Shown here one piece after another: positions 38,362-46,030 of a stretch of DNA of 64,000 nt. Within the stretch, counting starts at the first letter, position 1, and each line of letters opens with the position of its first letter. The notes below the pieces were generated by a model that did not search any database, was not told the DNA's origin, and worked only from the letters and a program-made list of their open reading frames with translations. The position numbers were made by a program, and so were the translations under genes. Source of the stretch: an uncultured SAR86 cluster bacterium (GTDB taxonomy: Bacteria > Pseudomonadota > Gammaproteobacteria > Magnimaribacterales > Magnimaribacteraceae); assembly GCA_902594545.1 (NCBI GenBank), contig CACJMO010000001.1, positions 21,112-85,111 of the forward strand, read 5' to 3'.

Positions 38362-39234
38362 CTAGAGAGAGCCTTTTTCTTTAAGGTGGGTAATTAGTTG
38401 TTTATCGTGAGTAGTGACTGCAGAAAAACCCTCTCGTAGAGCTGGTTGCCATCTTGGATTAGATGAACCTATCACTTCATCGCCCATTACAGTAACTCTC
38501 TGAATAATTCTCTCCCCAACAAAATCATTAACTACATAGTGCTGAGTACTTCTATTGTCCCACATTGCTATAGTCCCCTCTGTCCAATGGTATCGAACAG
38601 TAAACTGTGGTTTAGTAACCCATTTAGTTAAGTAAGAGAGCAACATGTCGCTTTCTTCAATATTCATTTCTACTATTCGTCTGGTGAAGTGCTCATTTAC
38701 ATAGAGAACTTTCTTACCGGATACAGGATGCAGTCTAACAACAGGATGAATAGCTGTTTTTTCGGGCTTACCATGTGGCCTTGCATCGTGCAGTGCTGTC
38801 AAACCTTCACAAAGATCTTTTATAGGATCTGATAGTGCTTCATAGGCAGCATTTAAATTACTCCACATAGTATCTCCACCTAATTCAGGGCACTTAACCA
38901 TATGTAATACGGACATAATGGCAGGTGAATCTTGGAAGGTAATATCGGTATGCCATTCATCAGCAATACCACCTGTACTTGCTGCTAGTTCAAAAATTTT
39001 AGGATGTGTCACTCTCTTATTTTTTAGGTTTGGATGACCTTCCAATTCTCCAAATTTTGCCCCGTACTCTACATGCTCATCTTGAGTTATTTTCTGTCCT
39101 GGAAAGAAAATTACTTTATGTTCCGTTAGAAGTGATTTTATTTCTTCCACTTGATCATCAGACACCTTTGATAGTTCGATACCAGTAATTTCAGCACCTA
39201 AAGCAGTAGATATTTGCTTGACCTGCATATTCAT
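38362..39234 (-). CDS. TauD/TfdA family Fe(II)/2-oxoglutarate dioxygenase
   Basis: WHTD, GGDT, HPVVRLHP and WDNRSTQH motifs. Confidence 0.92.
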   Translation of the reverse strand: MNMQVKQISTALGAEITGIELSKVSDDQVEEIKSLLTEHKVIFFPGQKITQDEHVEYGAKFGELEGHPNLKNKRVTHPKIFELAASTGGIADEWHTDITFQDSPAIMSVLHMVKCPELGGDTMWSNLNAAYEALSDPIKDLCEGLTALHDARPHGKPEKTAIHPVVRLHPVSGKKVLYVNEHFTRRIVEMNIEESDMLLSYLTKWVTKPQFTVRYHWTEGTIAMWDNRSTQHYVVNDFVGERIIQRVTVMGDEVIGSSNPRWQPALREGFSAVTTHDKQLITHLKEKGSL

Positions 39235-39237
39235 TAA

Positions 39238-39603
39238 TTAAGACTCGACATGGAAGAGTTTATTGTAGATTTTCCACTCTCCATCCTTCTCCAAGAAGGA
39301 TAAGGTATCCAGAAAGACATGACCGATATATCCATCTCTTACTCTCACAGATGCTGTAGAGCCGGCCACTTCCATCGATACTATTTCTAATAGTACTTCT
39401 TCACCATTTTCTTTAGGTGAAGGTTGTTGGTCTTCTACAAATTGTGCAAATTGATCTACCGTCATTTCGGCAAGACCGGTCTCAAGATATCCGGTTATCA
39501 TAGCATTAGGATAAAAAGCCTCTCTAACTTTTGCAGGATCAGATTCATACATGCTATCGAAGTATAGCTGTACTCCCTTTTCAATTTTTTCTTTAGCGTC
39601 CAC
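39238..39603 (-). CDS. NTF2-like / putative lumazine-binding family protein
   Basis: YFD.MYE.D...AF.P.A N-terminus and DGEWKIYNK.F C-terminus. Confidence 0.72.
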   Translation of the reverse strand: MDAKEKIEKGVQLYFDSMYESDPAKVREAFYPNAMITGYLETGLAEMTVDQFAQFVEDQQPSPKENGEEVLLEIVSMEVAGSTASVRVRDGYIGHVFLDTLSFLEKDGEWKIYNKLFHVES

Positions 39604-40525
39604 CGAAGTAAACCTCCTTTATATATGTTACTGGATTCCATCTTAATTTTTCGGGAATATATTCTGCTCCAGGCATTCCTCTTTCAATCATAAAGGGTTT
39701 TAAAGCTTCTATAGCTTTGGCTTCATCATAGTGGCAAATTCTTGGATACATGTGATGCATGGTGTGTATCTGCATAGAATGATTAAGGAATCTGGGCAAT
39801 CTGTTTGTCCAAAACCTTGTATCTTTATAGCGCCCTTTATCAAGACCAGAATGAGGAAAATAAGAGAACACTATTCCTAGGTAAGATGTTGCTACTCTTT
39901 TGGGTATCCACCACAAAAGAAGAGTTTCAATTGGATAAAGGACTGCAAGGATTATCTGCGCAAAGTAAAAAAGAAAAGCCCATGATCCTCCTTTTTCCAA
40001 AGCCTCTTTAAATTTTGGATCATCTTCCATATGCTTTGAAATAGCCTTCATGGCTGGCCCATCATCATTGTATGAGACATTTACATTTACTGCCGCTTCC
40101 CACCAATTTTTAGCATTACCGTGAAAAAAATCGGGATCATTATCAGGATCATTAGTGTGAGCATGATGTTTCAAATGAGTGGCCTTTAAAATCTCATGCG
40201 ATTGAGCTAAAGGAATAACACTTATTTGACCAACCCAATAATCTAGCCATTGAAGACTCTTTTTACCTCCTGATAAATGACCGTGCTGGCCTGCATGAGA
40301 AGGCAAATAGGCATTGCATGCGGTAAATAAAGCTATCAAAAATCCCGCGTACAGTGGAATAGTACCGACTATCACCAGGACCCAAGTAGCGATCCATAAA
40401 GTGAATTGGCCTAGCCCAATAACTATCATCTCCCATTCAATTCGACCCATGAAAGTTCTGGCAACCTTTCTTTCAGCCTCTACTGATAAGTCAGATGAAT
40501 GGTATCCTAATTGATCCATGACCAA
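39593..40525 (-). CDS. Membrane fatty-acid desaturase / carotenoid hydroxylase (CrtR-like) family
   Basis: His boxes HAGQH, HLKHH and HTMHH, plus YFPH; TM segments. Confidence 0.8.
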   Translation of the reverse strand: MVMDQLGYHSSDLSVEAERKVARTFMGRIEWEMIVIGLGQFTLWIATWVLVIVGTIPLYAGFLIALFTACNAYLPSHAGQHGHLSGGKKSLQWLDYWVGQISVIPLAQSHEILKATHLKHHAHTNDPDNDPDFFHGNAKNWWEAAVNVNVSYNDDGPAMKAISKHMEDDPKFKEALEKGGSWAFLFYFAQIILAVLYPIETLLLWWIPKRVATSYLGIVFSYFPHSGLDKGRYKDTRFWTNRLPRFLNHSMQIHTMHHMYPRICHYDEAKAIEALKPFMIERGMPGAEYIPEKLRWNPVTYIKEVYFGGR

Positions 40526-40701
40526 CCTCTATATTTAGCTAAAAGACCAAAGCCAAGGCCAAGAGCATAACCCAGTATAGAAATAACCAAATTTGCCTCA
40601 AATAAATAGAGTAAAGCCGCGCCAAAGATACTTCCCCAGAACAATAAACCAAACCAAACGAGAGACCATTGCTCCATATGTTGACTGAACCACTCCATCA
40701 A
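40507..40701 (-). CDS. Small two-TM hypothetical membrane protein
   Basis: 64-aa hydrophobic ORF overlapping the start of the desaturase. Confidence 0.6.
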   Translation of the reverse strand: MMEWFSQHMEQWSLVWFGLLFWGSIFGAALLYLFEANLVISILGYALGLGFGLLAKYRGWSWIN

Positions 40702-40789
40702 ATTATTTTAGCTTTTAAATCAATAGGCATCAATTTTAGAATATTGAAGGTGCATATTAGGATGATGAGAATTTTGTTGATAGCTTTCT

Positions 40790-41476
40790 CTAAAATCCAT
40801 GAAATGTTGCTACCTCGTCTACTGACCTTCGTCTTGACACCACTTTGTTGGCAGGAAAATCTTCATCTGGGTACCCCATAGCAACGCAGATCATAATAAT
40901 TTGGTCATCAGGAATATTGGCATACTTTCTGACAACAGGTGATTGCATAATACCTTGACTGTTAATAACTGCTCCGAGACCTTTTGACCAGCCAGCGTTA
41001 ACCAAACCATTCACAGCGGCTCCGCAGTCAAATTTAGATATATCATCGTCTTTTAAATTAGCATCAAAGGTAACAATTACCGCAACCGGCGCATCAAATT
41101 GCCTAAAACCTCTCAAAACCCAGTCTTGTCTGGCATCTGCATCGTGTCTCTCAATACCCATTTCTTGAAATAATTGCACAGCAATTTCAATTTGACGCTC
41201 TCTATGGACACCTTCATAGCCTAGTGGTGAACGTATTTCTCGTGAAGGAGGGACTCCCTCAACATTACGCTCCGTATTTTCTTTTCTAATATTGTCTAGA
41301 ACATCACCCGTGACGATATGAAAGTGCCAGGGTTGAGTGTTCATAGACGAAGGGGCTCTTGTAGCCAAAGCCAAAACTTCTTTTAGTACTTCAATTGATA
41401 CTGGCTTATCTTTGAAACCTCTGGTGCTTCTTCTTCCGTTGATTACTTCTTCATATAACATTTCAAAATTATCCAA
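40790..41476 (-). CDS. Nitroreductase family protein
   Basis: RRSTRGF, RAPSSMNTQPW, C-terminal MGYP motifs. Confidence 0.9.
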   Translation of the reverse strand: MDNFEMLYEEVINGRRSTRGFKDKPVSIEVLKEVLALATRAPSSMNTQPWHFHIVTGDVLDNIRKENTERNVEGVPPSREIRSPLGYEGVHRERQIEIAVQLFQEMGIERHDADARQDWVLRGFRQFDAPVAVIVTFDANLKDDDISKFDCGAAVNGLVNAGWSKGLGAVINSQGIMQSPVVRKYANIPDDQIIMICVAMGYPDEDFPANKVVSRRRSVDEVATFHGF

Positions 41477-41479
41477 AAA

Positions 41480-41944
41480 TTATGTTTCTATAGAATGGAG
41501 AGATATATCGAAAATCAATAGTGAGTTAGCTGGTATGCCAGGTCTTCCTTGCTCACCATAAGCTAACGCAGGATGAATAAATACTCTCCATTTATCACCC
41601 ACTTGCATCAAGGCTAGAGCTTTCTGACATCCAGGAATCAATTGGGATAAAGGAATCACTAACGGCTCGCCATTCTCAATAGAGCTCCAAAAAACAGATC
41701 CATCAAGTAATGTTCCATGAAAATCAGCATTTATAACGTCGCTATTCTTTGGGCTTAGGTAAGTGCTTCCAGACTCTAAAACAGAATATTGAAGCCCTTC
41801 CTCAATCTCAATTACGACCGAGTTATCTTTGTTTTCTTCAAGAAAATTTTCCGCTTCATATAAATTCTTTGCACTTTCTTCATTTTGAGAGCATGCAAAC
41901 AATAGACTTATGATCAGTCCTAGTAATAAATTTTTTTTCTTCAT
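41480..41944 (-). CDS. FKBP-type peptidyl-prolyl isomerase, probable lipoprotein
   Basis: LFAC lipobox; GLQY, HGTLLDG, LAYG...GIPANSLLIFDI. Confidence 0.9.
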   Translation of the reverse strand: MKKKNLLLGLIISLLFACSQNEESAKNLYEAENFLEENKDNSVVIEIEEGLQYSVLESGSTYLSPKNSDVINADFHGTLLDGSVFWSSIENGEPLVIPLSQLIPGCQKALALMQVGDKWRVFIHPALAYGEQGRPGIPANSLLIFDISLHSIET

Positions 41945-41949
41945 CTAAA

Positions 41950-43296
41950 TCATCCTAATCGTTTATTTATCTCTTCCTTTAGTAGCCACATTCGATCCTG
42001 GCCCCACACATAATAGGGATTACTTCCATCAGAATCCGTAATTTTAAAACTCGGAACACCCCAACAGTTACCTTCATACATATCTTTTAGATTGTCATCC
42101 AAAACCTTTTTCCACTGTTTGGTACCTAAGGATTTTTTTATCTCACTCCAGTTTAATTCAAGCTTATCGATTAAAGATTTTAAATAATCTTCTTCTCCAA
42201 TATTGATACCTTCATGAAAAGAAGCATAAAGAAGGTCATCTATATATTCGAAACCTTTACCTGCTTCATCAACTATCGGAAATAGGGAATAAGCCCTTCT
42301 AGCTGGCTTTCCAATAGGAGAGTATATCTTTCCCATTGCATAGTCATTTTTTCTTCCTTCTCGGGCAGCGTCAGAAATAATGTACTTTCCTTTAAATGCA
42401 GGGATAGTCATGTTTCTCATTAACATGGGTAAAACTGGTTTGGTTATCAAATTAATTGGGTAATCTTCTCTTAGTTCCCTAACACGTTTTGCACTAACAT
42501 AAGTGTAAGGACTGTTTAGCGAAGGATAATAACTTAGCTGAACAGATCTATCAGATCTCAAGATAGATGGTGCAGTAATTTCAGGAGCACAAATAGGCTC
42601 GTTTATCAGTTCTTTCTTTATACCAAGTTCCGTGAGTCTGTCTTCAAGATGATGGATTCGATCAACGCCCCAATAAAGCTCTTTCTCATAGTAGAAAGCA
42701 GATCCAAAATAGTATCCCTTATCATTTCGCAGCTTATTTCCCAGTTCAATTTTTGATTTGACCACATCTTTAGTAGCATTATATTTTTTTGCCAACTCAT
42801 TAAGGGCTGTTTCATTGTCATGCCATAATGCATCGCTAACAATAGACCCCACCTCACTGAAGTCTTTATCTTCAACAACACTTAAGATGGAATTGGCTTT
42901 ATCGATGAGGTCACTTTTTGGATAAGAGTCAGCAAGCAATTCTATTCCATAAAAGGGTGCAATTCTCTTTGCGTCCTCCAGGCAATAAACACTATAAAGA
43001 GAAGGCTCATGAATAGATTTAGGATCTTCTTCTCCAACAAGAACAGGTGTAAGAATAATATCGAAAGAGGATTTAAGCTTCTCAATATATTGAATAGTTA
43101 AATGAGAATAAGGGTCGTCAACTTTATGAAAATACAGCACTTCATGAGGCCTATTCTCTTCCTGCCTCTTCTTTTCAGCTTTTAATCGGACTTCATTAAG
43201 AAGATCAAGATTAGAAAACGTATTCATACCTTGATTTCTTAGCTTTGCGCTTATAGTGCGCTTAACCATAAAATTCCTAAATGCTTCCATCAGCAT
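41950..43296 (-). CDS. Two-domain DsbA / kappa-GST (2-hydroxychromene-2-carboxylate isomerase-like) protein
   Basis: Two repeats, each with a PY motif (DDPYS / NSPYT) and a terminal YWGVDR or WGQDR motif; GVPSF in the second. Confidence 0.78.
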   Translation of the reverse strand: MLMEAFRNFMVKRTISAKLRNQGMNTFSNLDLLNEVRLKAEKKRQEENRPHEVLYFHKVDDPYSHLTIQYIEKLKSSFDIILTPVLVGEEDPKSIHEPSLYSVYCLEDAKRIAPFYGIELLADSYPKSDLIDKANSILSVVEDKDFSEVGSIVSDALWHDNETALNELAKKYNATKDVVKSKIELGNKLRNDKGYYFGSAFYYEKELYWGVDRIHHLEDRLTELGIKKELINEPICAPEITAPSILRSDRSVQLSYYPSLNSPYTYVSAKRVRELREDYPINLITKPVLPMLMRNMTIPAFKGKYIISDAAREGRKNDYAMGKIYSPIGKPARRAYSLFPIVDEAGKGFEYIDDLLYASFHEGINIGEEDYLKSLIDKLELNWSEIKKSLGTKQWKKVLDDNLKDMYEGNCWGVPSFKITDSDGSNPYYVWGQDRMWLLKEEINKRLG

Positions 43297-43310
43297 AAGC
43301 TACTCCTATT

Positions 43311-43778
43311 TTATGGTGCCAAGCTTGATCTGGCCTGAACACCCCACTCTCCATTTTGCTTAGTAACTATATATAAAGACTGATACTTCTTCATCGGCTT
43401 ATTATCTTTATCGTACCGTTGAAATACTGTAGAAATATGAACTTTGTCTTCTGAGACTAAAATTACCTCTCGGCTTAACCACTCTGAGCGATGCCATCCC
43501 GTTGAAGCAAGTCTTTCAAAGATATCCTCTGCTGCATACTCTTCTTGAGTATTCCAAACTGTAACCTTTCCTCCTGCTAGTCTGACGTGAGGATAATTAA
43601 GTGTCTGAGACCAAGATTGCATATCCCGGCTGTTAAATGTGTCCATGAAAGAATTCAAAACGTTCATAGACTCATTAACTGCAATCTCTTTAACGTCAAC
43701 GCTTGCGATATTTGATGAACTAACTAGTAAAAGTAAAAAGCAATATAATCGAAATAATTTAGACCTCATTTTTATCAT
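43311..43778 (-). CDS. Secreted NTF2-like hypothetical protein
   Basis: AAGGA SD before ATG 43778; signal peptide; FMDTFN..D and C-terminal YIVTKQNGEWGV typical of NTF2-like folds. Confidence 0.6.
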   Translation of the reverse strand: MIKMRSKLFRLYCFLLLLVSSSNIASVDVKEIAVNESMNVLNSFMDTFNSRDMQSWSQTLNYPHVRLAGGKVTVWNTQEEYAAEDIFERLASTGWHRSEWLSREVILVSEDKVHISTVFQRYDKDNKPMKKYQSLYIVTKQNGEWGVQARSSLAP

Positions 43779-43911
43779 TCGAGTTCCTTGTATAAAAAGA
43801 TTCCTCATTATTAAGAATGGATTTGAGGGCACTTTCACTCAACTCAGAAAGCTTAGGATTGTCGTACCCCCTCTCAAGTAATTTCCTAAGGTAGTCATCC
43901 TTTAAAGTCAT
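43759..43911 (-). CDS. Hidden 50-aa hypothetical protein (MTLKDDYLRKLLERGYDNPK...)
   Basis: Below the ORF-track cutoff; ATGA overlap with the upstream stop codon; exactly fills the gap to the next gene. Confidence 0.5.
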   Translation of the reverse strand: MTLKDDYLRKLLERGYDNPKLSELSESALKSILNNEESFYTRNSNDKNEV

Positions 43912-45518
43912 TTCCTCTTTTCTGCAGGCAAAGCTTCCAGTAATAAATTAGGCTGGCCATTACGCTTTTGGAGTGTAAATTTATCGTAAAGCTCACCTGT
44001 AGCCTCATAGGCTTTGTATTCCAAATTCTTATCGTCAATATGAATAATCTGATACAGCTGTGTATTTTCAGCCACTCGTTTTGCGTAGTTTCCTTTGGTA
44101 ATGCCATACATTTTAGGTCCACTAACAGATACAACGTAAACAGTTCCTATATTGGGGTCATAGGCTTGCTGATAACCCGATGGTACATTTTTTAAATCCT
44201 GAGTATCGACTTGACCTGTTCTTGCATATGTATGATCGTGACCGCTCAATACGAGATCAACTTTATATTCATCCAATATGGGCTTCCAAAGCTCGCGCAG
44301 TTCCTTATTGTCTCTATCAGAACCAGGAGAAAATACTGGATGGTGGAAGGTTACTATCGTCCATCTATTTGGATTGTTCTCTAACACTTTCCTAAACCAT
44401 GGAACCTGTTTTTCTCTTTCTTTATTTGAATCTAAAGAAATAAATCTAACTCCTTGATAGTCTATGTAATAAACGGTCTCCTTGAGCGATTCATCTGGAA
44501 CGTCTTGTATTGGGAAAGTAAATTGAGGACGCCAATGATTGGTTACTGCTGGTATACCACGATCCCTTTGCCGATCATAAAGAGGAGCAGAATAGAAACT
44601 GGTTCCCAAAAGATCAGTTTCCTTAAAACCGGTTATTGCCTCTATGCTTGAGTCAACATAAATAATATTCCCCCCGTCATTTATCTCGAAAGATGAGGTA
44701 TTTCCTTTAGGCCCAATGAAGGAAGCTTTATAAACAGTTCCTTTGTCGGTCGGTTCAGGTTTAAAAGCTGTCATATTAACCTCTATTCTTTCACCAGCCT
44801 TAGTCATCCAATAACGCTCATACTCTGGACCCTGATTAATTCTTTCATACTCATGGTTTCCAGGCGTGGCTATTACAGGAATAGTTCCGTTTACCCAATC
44901 AGGACCTTGATGCCAATCACCCCACTCTGCGTCCCAAGATGGGTTATCAATTAAATCACCTGCGTGAAGAGTAAAAGCTGCTCTTGGTGCTTCCCTAAAG
45001 GCTTCTCTGAAGACCCTTGACCAATGAGTTCTCACCTCATTTTGGGCATCACCAAAATAGATAAAACTAAAGGGTCTGGGTCTATCACTGGCAGTTTTGA
45101 AATGATAATACTCTGTCCAGTTAACTCCATCTCCAACCCTATAGGTATAAAGAGTATCAGGCTCTAAATTCCTAAACGTTACGGAATGATAATTAGCTTC
45201 ATTTATATCACTCTTAAAAAGAGTTGTTTCTGCGTTTATAGTTTCAACTTCCAAAGCTCTTCCATTGGAGTTAGCTACTGCCAAATGAGCCATGCCTTTT
45301 TTTGTTGAAGTGTCGGTTCTCCAGGTTACTGATTGTGTTGTAGCAGGATCATCTTCCCATGTCAAAACAACTCGATCAGGTAGCGGGGTTGGAGCGTGCG
45401 CATCTTCCGGAGCATATTTAGTTGCCTCCCAACCTTCATGAGAGACCATATTTAGGCTGAGTACTAACAAAAGAAAAGTTAAGAGAATAAGTCTGGTGAA
45501 TTTGATTTGTATTGACAT
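43908..45518 (-). CDS. Purple-acid-phosphatase-like metallophosphoesterase with N-terminal FN3-like domain
   Basis: GD, HAGDL, GNHE, HHP and GHDH metallophosphoesterase motifs; signal peptide. Confidence 0.88.
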   Translation of the reverse strand: MSIQIKFTRLILLTFLLLVLSLNMVSHEGWEATKYAPEDAHAPTPLPDRVVLTWEDDPATTQSVTWRTDTSTKKGMAHLAVANSNGRALEVETINAETTLFKSDINEANYHSVTFRNLEPDTLYTYRVGDGVNWTEYYHFKTASDRPRPFSFIYFGDAQNEVRTHWSRVFREAFREAPRAAFTLHAGDLIDNPSWDAEWGDWHQGPDWVNGTIPVIATPGNHEYERINQGPEYERYWMTKAGERIEVNMTAFKPEPTDKGTVYKASFIGPKGNTSSFEINDGGNIIYVDSSIEAITGFKETDLLGTSFYSAPLYDRQRDRGIPAVTNHWRPQFTFPIQDVPDESLKETVYYIDYQGVRFISLDSNKEREKQVPWFRKVLENNPNRWTIVTFHHPVFSPGSDRDNKELRELWKPILDEYKVDLVLSGHDHTYARTGQVDTQDLKNVPSGYQQAYDPNIGTVYVVSVSGPKMYGITKGNYAKRVAENTQLYQIIHIDDKNLEYKAYEATGELYDKFTLQKRNGQPNLLLEALPAEKRK

Positions 45519-45664
45519 GATTGAGTTAGATTAAATTTAAATTAGATATAAAAAATTGAAAATGTTTATAGTTAAGTTTTTTGCTGGCTAAGCTTAACAA
45601 ATCTATGTACTTTTTTAAGTGCAAACTATTACAAATTACTTGATTACCCTATAAATCACTAAAA

Positions 45665-45693
45665 TTTACGTTTTTGAAGAAGTTTGTTAACAT
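45665..45693 (+). promoter_or_regulatory. Putative sigma70 promoter for the riboswitch-peptide unit
   Basis: TTTACG (45665-70), 17-bp spacer, TAACAT (45688-93) with extended -10 TG; predicted start about 45700, directly at aptamer 1. Confidence 0.55.
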
Positions 45694-45700
45694 TAAGGTT

Positions 45701-45760
45701 CGTTCATTCACTCTAAATGTAGCAGTGAACGGAAGTAGTCAATTGTGACGAAGGAACGCA
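45701..45760 (+). ncRNA. glnA-motif (glutamine-I) riboswitch aptamer, copy 1
   Basis: P1 CGTTC/GAACG, P2 TTCACT..AGTGAA, E-loop strands CGGAAGTA and GAAG, P3 GTCA/TGAC, 3' CA. Confidence 0.82.
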
Positions 45761-45764
45761 TCTT

Positions 45765-45813
45765 CGTTCATCCCGAAAGGGACGGAAGTAGGTGATAATA
45801 CCGAAGGAACGCA
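45765..45813 (+). ncRNA. glnA-motif (glutamine-I) riboswitch aptamer, copy 2
   Basis: P1 CGTTC/GAACG, P2 TCCC-GAAA-GGGA, CGGAAGTA, P3 GGT..ACC, GAAG, 3' CA. Same core as copy 1 with different stems. Confidence 0.85.
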
Positions 45814-45833
45814 TCTTTTTAACAGGAGATGTT

Positions 45834-45974
45834 ATGACTAAATATGAAGAAGCGCGAATAATCAATCGTGCAGTCAAAAAATCCCTTAAGAGACAACTGG
45901 GAGAACCGGTTTATATTCGCAGAAGATCTTCTGATCTACCTGCTTATGTGACTGACAATCCCTTTTATCCTTAA
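45834..45974 (+). CDS. 46-aa basic small protein downstream of the tandem glutamine riboswitches
   Basis: AGGAG SD (45824-28), ATG 45834, MTKYEEARIINRAVKKSLKRQLGEPVYIRRRSSDLPAYVTDNPFYP*, followed by a terminator. Confidence 0.8.
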   Translation: MTKYEEARIINRAVKKSLKRQLGEPVYIRRRSSDLPAYVTDNPFYP

Positions 45975-45978
45975 GGAC

Positions 45979-46006
45979 TTAGGGGGCTTAGGCCCCCTAA
46001 ATTTTT
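45979..46006 (+). terminator. Intrinsic terminator
   Basis: TTAGGGGGC-TTAG-GCCCCCTAA perfect 9-bp stem followed by ATTTTT. Confidence 0.85.
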
Positions 46007-46030
46007 AACCTTACAACAGATAGAATCAAA

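Noticed and set aside
45606-45623. TGTAC-N8-GTGCA as an NtrC site upstream of the riboswitch unit
   Set aside because: Spacing is 8 rather than the canonical 7 and one half-site mismatches; not supportable.
45701-45816. Direct repeats as a mini-CRISPR array or att sites
   Set aside because: Only two units, interrupted by variable paired stems; no cas or integrase genes; the riboswitch fold explains them.
45792-45833. GTG start giving a 60-aa version of the microprotein
   Set aside because: Lies inside aptamer 2; a strong AGGAG SD supports ATG 45834.
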